A stretch of DNA of 64,000 nucleotides from Microgenomates group bacterium Gr01-1014_7 (GCA_007376405.1 VMGD01000006.1:19337-83336), one strand, 5' to 3'. Positions 38,558 through 47,852 are shown, counted from the stretch's first letter. Numbers and translations: made by a program. Notes: a model not told the origin generated them from the sequence alone.

Positions 38558-40330
38558 ATGTATATTCGAAATTTTTCAATTATTGCCCATGTTGATCATG
38601 GCAAATCTACATTAGCTGATCGGTTCTTGGAAATTACCGGTACTGTTCCGAAGGATAAATTACAACCCCAAATTTTAGATTCTTTGGCTCTGGAGCGTGA
38701 ACGCGGAATTACTATCAAGCTTGCCCCCGTGCGCCTCAACTATACCCTAAACGCTATACCCTACACCCTAAATCTAATAGATACTCCGGGGCATGTAGAT
38801 TTTTCATACGAAGTTTCCCGGGCGCTGAATGCAGTTGAAGGGGCAATACTGCTGGTCGATGCTACTCAGGGAATTCAAGCTCAAACTTTATCACATGGTC
38901 TGTCAGCGCTGGAACAAAATTTGGTACTTATTCCGGTTATAAATAAAATAGACTTACCCAACGCAAATATTGAAAAAACAAAAAAAGAATTAGTGGACAG
39001 TTTTGGATTTAAAGAGAGTGAGGTGCTGCTGGTATCAGCTAAAACAGGAGAAGGAGTTGAGGAAATATTAAAAGCGGTGATTGAACGAATTCAGCCGCCC
39101 AAGGTGGATCCCGCACCATCCGGTGCGGGACTGCGAGCCCTTCGGGCTCTTGTATTTGATTCTTTCTTTGATTCATATAAAGGAGTGGTGGCTCAAATAA
39201 GAGTGATTGATGGGGAGGTAGGAAAGATTGGTTCAGAGATAAAATTTCTGGGTACTAAAGCAGAAGGTCAGGTATTGGAAGTGGGTTATTTTTCTCCGCA
39301 TTTAACACCTGCTGATCGGTTAGGAGCAGGAGAAATAGGCTATATTGCAACCGGTATTAAACAGCCTGATTTAGTTAGAGTCGGTGACACGATTAGCACC
39401 GATTCAGGAGCCCAGCCGCTGCCGGGATACAAACAAGTTAAACCTATGGTTTATGTGGGGTTTTATCCGCTGAATCAGGATGAGTATTATGATATTAAAG
39501 ATGCGCTGGATAGATTTAGATTAAACGACCCGGCATTTACTTTTGAGCCGGAGCATTCAACAGCCTTGGGCACAGGATTTCGGTGCGGGTTTTTAGGATT
39601 ACTGCATGCAGAGGTGGTGCAGGAGCGACTGTCGCAAGAGTTTGAAGCAAACTTAATTGCCACCACTCCATCTGTTGAATATTTGGTTGACGGAAAAGAA
39701 ATGACTAATCCCTCCGAACTGGACCCTTCACATACTGTAATAGAGGAACCGTGGGTTTCTTTAAAAATCTTTGTCCCTCAGACCTATATCGGATCAGTGA
39801 TGGAGTTGGTGCAGGATAAAAGGGGAGTATTTAAAAATATGCAGCATTTTGGAATACAGGTAGAACTAACCTATGAGATGCCTTTATCAGAGATGATCAC
39901 TGATTTTTATGACAAACTAAAAAGTGTTTCTTCCGGATTTGCATCGCTTGACTGGGAATTTTTAGATTTTAGAGAAGTGGATGGGGTAAGGGTGGATATT
40001 TTAGTGGGAGGGGAAAAAGTGGATGCACTGTCCACAATAGTGGTTCGCCAAAAAGCAGAATATATTGGCAGAAGAATGGTGGAAAAGTTAAAAGAGGTTT
40101 TGCCCAGGCAAAATTTTGAGGTGGCTTTGCAAGCTGCAATAGGAGGGAAAATTATTGCCAGGGAAACTTTGTCTAGCTTTAGAAAGGATGTTACAGCCAA
40201 ACTTTATGGAGGAGACAGGACCAGAAAAGATAAACTTCTGGAAAAGCAGAAAAAAGGAAAAAAGAAAATGAAAATGATCGGAAAAGTAGAAATTCCCCAG
40301 GAGGCTTTCTTAAGCATTTTAAAAAGCTGA
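38558..40330 (+). CDS. lepA: Elongation factor 4
   Basis: IRNFSIIAHVDHGKSTLAD, GFRCGFLGLLH, KDVTAKLYGGD. Confidence 0.97.
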   Translation: MYIRNFSIIAHVDHGKSTLADRFLEITGTVPKDKLQPQILDSLALERERGITIKLAPVRLNYTLNAIPYTLNLIDTPGHVDFSYEVSRALNAVEGAILLVDATQGIQAQTLSHGLSALEQNLVLIPVINKIDLPNANIEKTKKELVDSFGFKESEVLLVSAKTGEGVEEILKAVIERIQPPKVDPAPSGAGLRALRALVFDSFFDSYKGVVAQIRVIDGEVGKIGSEIKFLGTKAEGQVLEVGYFSPHLTPADRLGAGEIGYIATGIKQPDLVRVGDTISTDSGAQPLPGYKQVKPMVYVGFYPLNQDEYYDIKDALDRFRLNDPAFTFEPEHSTALGTGFRCGFLGLLHAEVVQERLSQEFEANLIATTPSVEYLVDGKEMTNPSELDPSHTVIEEPWVSLKIFVPQTYIGSVMELVQDKRGVFKNMQHFGIQVELTYEMPLSEMITDFYDKLKSVSSGFASLDWEFLDFREVDGVRVDILVGGEKVDALSTIVVRQKAEYIGRRMVEKLKEVLPRQNFEVALQAAIGGKIIARETLSSFRKDVTAKLYGGDRTRKDKLLEKQKKGKKKMKMIGKVEIPQEAFLSILKS

Positions 40331-40355
40331 TAAAAGCTGATATAATAAACTTTAA

Positions 40356-41399
40356 GTGAGCAGGGAATTTATGGAAGGATCAGAATCCGGAGAACAATTT
40401 TTACACAGAAAATACAAGGATTTAAATACAGACCCAACTGTAGTTTCTGCAGCCAACCGCCATGCAAGACGCCTGGGTATGGAACCTCCGGAAAAGGATG
40501 ATTACGGAACTCGAATAAAAAATTACCTCGATAGGTTAAGCGAGATCGTTAACCCTCCGAAAGTTGCAGGAGAACCGGATACTGAACAAGAGCGTAAAAG
40601 AGACAGAAATCTGTCGATGCTCAAAACTGCCCTTTATAATAATTTTGTTATAAAGCCGGGGAATATTCCTGAAAGCTACTTTGATGCAATAAAAAGGAAG
40701 CATCGTGAAGAAGGCTACGGTGATATTGAAATTCCGGATGATTACCGCCGTGAACTTTCCGAAACTATAATTGCCGATCAAAGAAACTCTCTAGACAACT
40801 GGGTTGATTATTTAGTCTCTGATGATGCGAAGTATCCAAATTGGCTAAAATATTTGGCTTTCCGCAGTGTGCTGCGTATGGGTAGGTATGATAAGCAAAG
40901 GAAAACTTTTACTGAAAGGACAAGTGGCGGCGGCACTGTCAGTCCTTTCCCCGAATTAAACCGTGAAGCCCTTTCAATTGTTCTTGGAGACATGGAGAAG
41001 AAAAATCTAGCTACTAAAGAATCACAAAGCAGCAGGTTGGATTTAGATTTTACATCACGTTTTGATATATCCCTGGAAGCAAAACAAAAATACATGCAAT
41101 CCCTAGACAACGGGAATTTTGCTCAAGCTTATGCCCTGGCGATAGAAGAGTTTAAACCGATAGCAGAAGAATTACTACAAATTACCCAAGGGGAATGGGT
41201 GAGATATCCAAGGGGTTCTGACCATCTGCCTCTGGTGAGGTCAATCTCCAATTATGGAACCGGCTGGTGTTTACGGGGAGAGGCAACTGCCCAAAGGTAC
41301 CTTACACGCGATAAAAATGATCTTTTTGTGTATTACTCTCTGGATTTAAATGGTAAACCAACTGTCCCTAGGGTATGTAATCGGAAATCTCAATTTTGA
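40356..41399 (+). CDS. Probable N-terminal part of the DGR2 target, interrupted near 41375
   Basis: Ends shortly after ...GKPTVPRV; protein-like sequence resumes in another frame at about 41432. Confidence 0.7.
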   Translation: MSREFMEGSESGEQFLHRKYKDLNTDPTVVSAANRHARRLGMEPPEKDDYGTRIKNYLDRLSEIVNPPKVAGEPDTEQERKRDRNLSMLKTALYNNFVIKPGNIPESYFDAIKRKHREEGYGDIEIPDDYRRELSETIIADQRNSLDNWVDYLVSDDAKYPNWLKYLAFRSVLRMGRYDKQRKTFTERTSGGGTVSPFPELNREALSIVLGDMEKKNLATKESQSSRLDLDFTSRFDISLEAKQKYMQSLDNGNFAQAYALAIEEFKPIAEELLQITQGEWVRYPRGSDHLPLVRSISNYGTGWCLRGEATAQRYLTRDKNDLFVYYSLDLNGKPTVPRVCNRKSQF

Positions 41400-41431
41400 T
41401 ACTTTTAGGAAGTCTCAACTTTGAGAATTAA

Positions 41432-42574
41432 GCTGTAATAACTCGTCATTCTGGGGAACGAAGTGACACCAGAAATCAGATTGCTGAGGTTAGAGGTGTT
41501 GCCAAAGATGAACACCTTGATTCTTATATAGGTGAAGTTGTAGATGGTAAACTCTCTGAACCGGAATTTGAGAAAGAAGGCAGAGCCTGGAAGAAAAAGA
41601 GTCAGGATATGAAAAAACTAACTGAAATTGAGCAAAAAAGTAAATCAGGCCTTAAATTGTCACAGGATGAGCTGATCTTTTTATATGAAATAGATTCATC
41701 AATTGAGGGATTTGGATACGGCGATGATCCAAGAGTAAAGGAGCTGCGTTTTCAGAGAAAACCGGAAGAAGATATGCTAATTATTTTTGGTTCCGAGCCG
41801 GACCAGATTGCCGGATCAGCCGGGGGAATCACCGCAAATACCAGAGCATATGTTGGCCCACTGGAAAAAGGTATTTTTGACAAATTTGAACAATTTGGAA
41901 TAGAGCATATTTATACCTCTTTCCCTGAAGGAAAAATAAGAAGGGAAACTGTTGAAATTGGGGGAACAGACTTTAAGCAGATAGCTCAAGAATTAGAGGA
42001 TAAACTTAATATAATAGATACCCTAACTTGGGAGAAAACAGGAGAGATTCTTAAACAGGTTGAGGGCGGATCAGTTCAAATTAGTGCTGAGACTACTCAA
42101 TTTTTAAGGCAACTATTTGAAAGGCAGATCAATGTTTCAGGATATGCTCTAGATATGCTTAAAAATTCGGAATTCACCACCAGTCCCACACCTATAAACA
42201 TAGATACAGTTAGACTAAAAATTTCTGCACTGGACCTTAAGGGTACACCCACTACAGATCAAGTATATGCCAGAGCTAACGAACTAGGACTTGATCTTTG
42301 TCCAGCAGAAGTAGGTCCCCACAAAAGATTTAAAGATACTAATGAACCAATGGGAGATTGGGAATATATTGCTATGAAGCAAATGACTGACCGCGGTGGC
42401 CATCTGGATGTCTTCGTGCTCGGTCGTGATGGCCGTGGTTTGTGGTTGGCTGGCCGTTGGGCGGATCCTGACCATGGGTGGCCTCCCGAGGATGAGATTG
42501 TTTTTCGTCTCCGCAAGTCTGAAACTCAACCACTTAAACCCTCTGGATTCTTTTCCAGATTTTTGAGCCGTTGA
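41432..42574 (+). CDS. DGR2 target protein, C-terminal part with VR (first ATG at 41609)
   Basis: Frame open from 41432 (AVITRH...NQIAEVRGVA); GL.LCPAEVGP; VR 42386-42514 near the C-terminus. Confidence 0.85.
   Translation, partial: AVITRHSGERSDTRNQIAEVRGVAKDEHLDSYIGEVVDGKLSEPEFEKEGRAWKKKSQDMKKLTEIEQKSKSGLKLSQDELIFLYEIDSSIEGFGYGDDPRVKELRFQRKPEEDMLIIFGSEPDQIAGSAGGITANTRAYVGPLEKGIFDKFEQFGIEHIYTSFPEGKIRRETVEIGGTDFKQIAQELEDKLNIIDTLTWEKTGEILKQVEGGSVQISAETTQFLRQLFERQINVSGYALDMLKNSEFTTSPTPINIDTVRLKISALDLKGTPTTDQVYARANELGLDLCPAEVGPHKRFKDTNEPMGDWEYIAMKQMTDRGGHLDVFVLGRDGRGLWLAGRWADPDHGWPPEDEIVFRLRKSETQPLKPSGFFSRFLSR
42386..42514 (+). repeat. DGR2 variable repeat (VR2)
   Basis: 129-nt ungapped match to 42847-42975; 20 mismatches, all opposite TR adenines. 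Confidence 0.97.
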
Positions 42575-42578
42575 TACT

Positions 42579-42608
42579 TTGAAACTTTGTTTGAAATTTT
42601 TATATAAT
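42579..42608 (+). promoter_or_regulatory. Candidate sigma70 promoter for the DGR2 template RNA
   Basis: TTGAAA-18 nt-TATAAT upstream of TR2. Confidence 0.45.
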
Positions 42609-42846
42609 TATTACGGATAGGTTGTTTTGAACGGCTACGGCTTTTTGAGGCCTTTCCGGCAAATGTAAATTGAGAACAAGTAAGGTTACGGCTTTGCCTG
42701 GAGTGATCTACATTCTGTCATTAAAAAAAGAAATACTTGGTGTGGTGTGCTTTTGCGGATTCATCCGCGGATAAAATACAGCCTGGCGTCTTCCGCCAGA
42801 TAGTGGATTACACAGGCAGTGAGGTTAGTAGGGCACATCATACATT

Positions 42847-42975
42847 ACTGACCGCGATGGCCATCTGAATGTCTTCAAGCTCAATCGTGATGGCAATGGT
42901 TTGTGGTTGAATGACAATTGGGCGAATCCTGACAATAGGTGGAATCCCGAGAATGAGATTGTTTTTCGTCTCCGA
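42847..42975 (+). ncRNA. DGR2 template repeat (TR2), part of the dgrRNA
   Basis: AAT-rich copy of VR2 with 32 adenines. Confidence 0.95.
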
Positions 42976-42977
42976 AA

Positions 42978-43387
42978 CTATTTCTTTCCGCGTCTAACCG
43001 GCGCGGTTTTTTGTAGACCTAAACTTCTCTTCCAGCCCCAAAGCATCTTTCCGATCTCATCCAGCTTAACTGCAATATCCCCATATTGTTTATGGGAAAT
43101 AAGTTTAGCTTCCCAAGCAGTAGAAATTAGGAATTTAATAATATCTACTATAAAAATACAATCGGATAATTTATCTGCCTTTTTCTCTTTTTCGGTAAAA
43201 TATGCAGTATATGATAATTCTAAAAGGTCGAGGAATTTATTTTCTATCCTTGAGCCTGTTGTAAACCGCCCGGACCGGGGAATATGAGGAGAAATATTCA
43301 TCCAAATCAAATATCCTTCCTTGATCCGGTTCAATATGGAAGATTTTTCATGAGAGAGAGAGAGAGAGAGTTAGGGAGCTTTTCCAT
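42978..43387 (-). CDS. avd: DGR2 Avd-like accessory protein, out of frame at a (CT)9 tract
   Basis: IP...RFT.G.RIE...EIGKML.GW pattern; ATG 43387 joins the frame if one repeat unit is removed (135 aa). Confidence 0.85.
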
Positions 43388-44362
43388 GCCAGATATAATT
43401 CTATCATTTCACTGGAAAATTTACTGGAATCATGGCATGAATTTTTAAGAGGTAAGAAAAACAGAAAAGATATTGCAACTTTTTCAATCCGGTTTATGGA
43501 TAATGTCCTTATTTTGAACGAGGAACTCTTAAAAAAGACATATCAGCACGGAGGTTACTATGCTTTTAAAATAAACGACCCGAAACCAAGGAATATCCAC
43601 AAGGCCAATGTAAGGGATCGGATTGTCCACCATGCCATCTTTAGAATTCTTTACCCTTACTTTGAGAAAAAATTTATCTTTGATTCATACTCCTGCAGAT
43701 TAAATAAAGGCACCCATAAATCTATTTACAGATTCAGGGATTTATCAAGGAAAGGGTCTGTAAATAATACAAAACCCCTTTGGTTATTAAAAGGAGACAT
43801 CAGGAAGTTTTTTGCCAATATTGACCACGATATTTTAAAAAATATTTTACAAAGATATATTATTGATGAAGAAATTTTGTGGTTGATGGGAGAAATTATT
43901 GATAGTTTCCGGCCTGGTCTGCCACTTGGCAATGTAACCAGTCAGCTTTTTATTAATATTTATTTAAATGAATTTGACCAGTTTGTTAAACGGGATTTGA
44001 AAGTTCACAGTTATATCCGATATTGTGATGATTTTGTGATTATTCACACGGATAAAGTTTATTTAGAAGGACTTATCCCTAAAATATCACAGTTTTTAGA
44101 AGATGAATTAAAACTTTCACTTCATCCGGATAAAGTTTTTATTAAAAGACTCTCTTTGGGAGTGGATTTTCTGGGATGGGTACATTTTTCCCATCATCGG
44201 GTTTTAAGAACTGCTACCAAAAAGAGGATGTTCAAAAGGCTCAAGGGTAATCAACCTAACGAGACGCTAGCCTCTTATTTGGGCTTACTGAAACATGGCG
44301 ATACCTATAAACTTGTAAAAAAATTAAGGATGATAACTACGGAAAATGATTTAAATCATTGA
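43350..44362 (+). CDS. DGR2 reverse transcriptase; likely start is out of frame at the GA tract (first in-frame ATG 43496)
   Basis: DRIVHHA, GLPLGNVTSQLFIN, YIRYCDDF, VDFLGW; upstream frame YNSIISLENLLESWHEF matches the RT1 N-terminus. Confidence 0.92.
43352..43370. repeat. (GA)9G simple sequence repeat in the overlapping 5' ends of avd2 and RT2
   Basis: gagagagagagagagagag read directly, between ATG 43350 (+) and ATG 43387 (-). Confidence 0.97.
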
Positions 44363-44370
44363 AACAGAGG

Positions 44371-44631
44371 TTAGCGATAAGTTTGGGTAGTACGGCGTTT
44401 GATATCAACAATAATAACCTCTTTATTTTCTTCATCAATAAAATAAAAAACTCGATAATCACCGACTCTGATTCTATATAATGGAGGAATCCTGGAGGCA
44501 ATTTTATCAAATCCTCTGGGTTTTGGATCATTTTTGAGCTGAACTATTTTTTTGGCAATTAGTAACTGATAATCTTTTGGAAATTTTTTTAAAGCTTTCT
44601 GTGCCCGAGGTGAGTAAACGAGGTTATGCAT
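44371..44631 (-). CDS. RelE/ParE family toxin
   Basis: YRIRVGDYRVFY motif. Confidence 0.9.
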   Translation of the reverse strand: MHNLVYSPRAQKALKKFPKDYQLLIAKKIVQLKNDPKPRGFDKIASRIPPLYRIRVGDYRVFYFIDEENKEVIIVDIKRRTTQTYR

Positions 44632-44929
44632 CTAATTTAAGCTTCTTCATCAACTTTTCATGAGAAATACCCTTGCCTTTTTTAACAACGTCGAGTTCTT
44701 TATATAAAGAATCAATATAACCGGGTTGAACCGTATCTTCTTGAATATCTACCAGCTCTAAATAGGTATTTAAATCCAGTAAAATAGCTTTAGGTTCGCC
44801 ATGTTGGGTAATAATAACTTGATTTCCTTTGCGAGGCATGTTATCTAGAATACCGCTTAAATCCCGACGCAGATCATCCGCACCGATAAAGTTCTTTTTA
44901 AGCATGTCGGACAGAGATATTTGTTGCAT
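44624..44929 (-). CDS. Phd/YefM family antitoxin
   Basis: VIITQHGEPKAILL motif. Confidence 0.85.
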   Translation of the reverse strand: MQQISLSDMLKKNFIGADDLRRDLSGILDNMPRKGNQVIITQHGEPKAILLDLNTYLELVDIQEDTVQPGYIDSLYKELDVVKKGKGISHEKLMKKLKLDA

Positions 44930-45025
44930 GAGGATATTCTTACATATTCCTTAGGACTTGTCAATACTTGATTTTATTTTTACATTATGAGTATGCTGGA
45001 GGTAGACAAAGAAGGGGGTGAGAGA

Positions 45026-45229
45026 ATGAAAATTTTACATATGGCATCTTATGCACTCCTTTGGGTTGGAGGTTTAAACTGGGGTTTGGTTGGCCTATTT
45101 AATATGAACCTGGTTGAGAATATTTTGGGTATGGGTATTGCAAAATTGGTTTATATCCTGGTAGGTGTAGCAGCTGTTTACACTGTTGCAACTCACATGG
45201 GTGAATGTAAAGTATGCGGCAAATCTTAA
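45026..45229 (+). CDS. DUF378 family membrane protein
   Basis: VGGLNWGLVGLF..NLV...YILVG; SD-like GGGGGTG upstream. Confidence 0.9.
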   Translation: MKILHMASYALLWVGGLNWGLVGLFNMNLVENILGMGIAKLVYILVGVAAVYTVATHMGECKVCGKS

Positions 45230-46143
45230 AACCTTCCAAACTGGAGATTGGGGATACGATTGGAATAGTCGCTTCTTCTTTGCCGGTTTTGCCATCCTTT
45301 AGGGAAAATTATGAAAGGGGTAAGAAGGTGATTGCCGATTTAGGATTTAAGATTAAAGAAGGTAAGACAATTGGCAAAACCCGCTGGTGGGCAGCGGGGA
45401 CACCGGAGGAAGTGGCCCAGGATATAAACAGTATGTTTGGCGATAAAAATATCAGAGCCATTATAGCCCAAGATGGAGGATATTCTGCTATTTCAGTTAT
45501 AGAGTATTTAGATTATGATCTGATCTCCAAAAATCCAAAGCCTTTCATGGGATTATCTGACATGACAATTTATCATCTGGCAATTCTGGCAAAAACCGGA
45601 ATGGTGGGATTTCATATGGATTATCTCTCATCTTTTACCGGTCAGTTTTTCTTACGGTTTTTAACCGGCAGTAACCCACCCGGGAAAATAGAGCCGCTGT
45701 CGGATTGGGAGGAATGGAAAAAGGGAGAAGCAAAAGGGCATTTGGTAGGTGGTCTGCTGGAGCGGATATCACTGCTGGCAGGGACAAAATATTTTCCGCC
45801 ACTTGAATACTTTGACGGGGCAATTCTTTTTTGGGAACATATTGGAGGGGACTTAAGTGATATTTACCAGTATCTTTTTAAGTTAAAAAATATGGGGATT
45901 CTGGAAAGAATTAACGGAATGATGATAGGTAAAATAAAATATCTAAAAAAAATGAGTGAAGAAATAGTTGAGCCTTCAGTTAGAGAAATAGTTCTGGAAA
46001 TCTTAAAGGATTATAAATTCCCCATAATGGCCAATATGGATTTTGGGCATTTTACAGTTAATATCCCCATGCCCATAGGGATAAAAGTTTCCTTTGATAC
46101 CTCCAAAAAGGAACTAAATTTCCTGGAAGGAGCGGTAATCTGA
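45214..46143 (+). CDS. S66 peptidase (LD-carboxypeptidase/MccF-like)
   Basis: GGY, G.SD.T, ILFWE, DFGH motifs. Confidence 0.9.
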   Translation: MRQILKPSKLEIGDTIGIVASSLPVLPSFRENYERGKKVIADLGFKIKEGKTIGKTRWWAAGTPEEVAQDINSMFGDKNIRAIIAQDGGYSAISVIEYLDYDLISKNPKPFMGLSDMTIYHLAILAKTGMVGFHMDYLSSFTGQFFLRFLTGSNPPGKIEPLSDWEEWKKGEAKGHLVGGLLERISLLAGTKYFPPLEYFDGAILFWEHIGGDLSDIYQYLFKLKNMGILERINGMMIGKIKYLKKMSEEIVEPSVREIVLEILKDYKFPIMANMDFGHFTVNIPMPIGIKVSFDTSKKELNFLEGAVI

Positions 46144-46183
46144 TTCTTGACTTTTGTACAAATTTGTACTAATATGTACAAAT

Positions 46184-46492
46184 ATGACACAAGTAATGAA
46201 AGCGTCAGTTGTAAGGCAGCAATGGAGCCAACTGCTTAATCAGGTATTTACCGACCAAACAAGGATAGTGGTTGAAAAAAGCGGTATTCCTGTAGCAGCT
46301 GTTATTTCAGCTAAAGAGTTAGAGCGGCTTACTAGAATAGATGAACAAAGACAAGCACGTTTTAAGGTGCTGGATGAGATACGAGGAGCTTTTGAGAATA
46401 TACCTGTTAAGGAGCTCGAGAAAGAAGTAAACAAAGCGTTAGCGCAAGTCCGGGCAGAAAATCGGGCTAAAAGAGCATTAAATAAAAAGTGA
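46184..46492 (+). CDS. Phd/YefM family antitoxin
   Basis: IVVEKSGIPVAAVIS motif; upstream of a PIN gene. Confidence 0.8.
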   Translation: MTQVMKASVVRQQWSQLLNQVFTDQTRIVVEKSGIPVAAVISAKELERLTRIDEQRQARFKVLDEIRGAFENIPVKELEKEVNKALAQVRAENRAKRALNKK

Positions 46493-46914
46493 TTTCAGCA
46501 GTTTTAGATACTAATATTTTAGCCTCGGGTACTGTTACTGCCTTAACCCCTCCGGGACAGATACTTGATAGATGGTGTGACGGACAGTTTGAGCTAATTG
46601 TATCAGAGCATATTATTGAGGAATTGGAAAGCACCCTCAAAAAGCCATATTTTCAAAAACATCTTAGTACAAAGGCTAAAATAGCATATATGGAACTTTT
46701 ACAAACTGAAACAACCGTTACTCCAATAACTGTAAATGTTAAAGGGGTGGCTACCCACCCTGAAGATGATTTGGTGCTTGCAACAGCAATTTCCGCTAAA
46801 GCTGATTATCTGGTTACCGGGGATGGGCCGTTAATTAGAAAAGTTGGCAAAAAATATAAAGGCGTCACATTAATCAGTCCAACAGATTTTCTTGAAATAC
46901 TTAAAGAGCTGTAA
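46489..46914 (+). CDS. PIN family toxin
   Basis: VLDTNIL, HPEDD, ADYLVTGD. Confidence 0.9.
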   Translation: MISAVLDTNILASGTVTALTPPGQILDRWCDGQFELIVSEHIIEELESTLKKPYFQKHLSTKAKIAYMELLQTETTVTPITVNVKGVATHPEDDLVLATAISAKADYLVTGDGPLIRKVGKKYKGVTLISPTDFLEILKEL

Positions 46915-46968
46915 TTTAATTCTTGACGCTTTATAAAAAATCTGCTATTTTAAGCCAAGCCTATATTT

Positions 46969-47850
46969 ATGATTCAAAGGTTAATAAATCAAGCACGAGG
47001 TAGGGAAAGAGAACCTATTGCAACCTCATTACAACCAATAACTCCCCAGGCAGTAGAACTATGGAAAGCTATAGCCTCTAGAAGAAAACCTAATCGTGAA
47101 GAAACAGCAATTTATAAATTTGCTTTTGCACGCGAAGGAATAAAACCGGAAACTCCCAATCAGCATGCCTTCCTTGATTGTCTAAGGCGATATAATTATC
47201 CTTCAGTCGCAGGCGGGAATCCTTTTGAAGTTACCTTGTCTGTCAATCCTGATCCTGCCGACGTTTCATTATTAGTCAGTATTTGGTCACCTACCCCGCC
47301 AAAACTTGATCATCCTGTTCTTATTTTCCAAGAGTTTCCAGCAAGAGATGAATATAGACCGTTACAATTCCCATACAATATGATTATTACTGGAGAAGGG
47401 GATTCTATTTATACTGAAGCTTGCAGGTATGAACTTATGGGTTTTGATACAGATCAGAAAAAATTAATATGGCAGGAATCAGACGATAGAGAAGATTGGT
47501 TAGTTCGTCCTATTGGTGATGTTGAATTCCGAAGAGAGTTTGCAAGTGAGGCTTTAGCACTTCTTACAAAAGTCGCATTAACAGCTGATCCTGTTCGCGC
47601 AGCCGGGAAAGACAGTAGAGTGAGAACTGTTTTAGAGGATGTAAGGAAAGAAGGTATAACCAGATGGAGATCAAAAGCTTCATTTTGGAGCAGAATCCTT
47701 TCCGAACCAATTTTTTTCCAGCCCTGGTCAGTTGCAGCAGACAACTTTAAGGTTATGTGGTATAGAATGGATGTGGCAGATAAGGCTGGCGCTGCCGAAT
47801 ACATGAGAAAATATTATCCTCATAGTCTGCAACCAAGTCCAGTTGGATAA
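46969..47850 (+). CDS. Hypothetical protein
   Basis: 293-aa ORF downstream of a TTGACG promoter-like element. Confidence 0.6.
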   Translation: MIQRLINQARGREREPIATSLQPITPQAVELWKAIASRRKPNREETAIYKFAFAREGIKPETPNQHAFLDCLRRYNYPSVAGGNPFEVTLSVNPDPADVSLLVSIWSPTPPKLDHPVLIFQEFPARDEYRPLQFPYNMIITGEGDSIYTEACRYELMGFDTDQKKLIWQESDDREDWLVRPIGDVEFRREFASEALALLTKVALTADPVRAAGKDSRVRTVLEDVRKEGITRWRSKASFWSRILSEPIFFQPWSVAADNFKVMWYRMDVADKAGAAEYMRKYYPHSLQPSPVG

Positions 47851-47852
47851 AT

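Larger units (their letters stand above)
40356..44362. mobile_element. Diversity-generating retroelement 2 (split target/VR - TR - inverted avd - RT)
   Basis: VR/TR pair with 20/20 mismatches at TR adenines, Avd-like gene and DGR-type RT. Confidence 0.95.

Noticed and set aside
41376-41439. TGTAAT direct repeat as a target-site duplication of the insertion in the DGR2 target
   Set aside because: The copies are 58 nt apart, and excising between them does not restore the frame, which needs 56 or 59 nt.
42901-43287. 128-aa + strand ORF starting within TR2
   Set aside because: It is the TR reading frame running into the antisense of avd, with a TTG start in mid-repeat.
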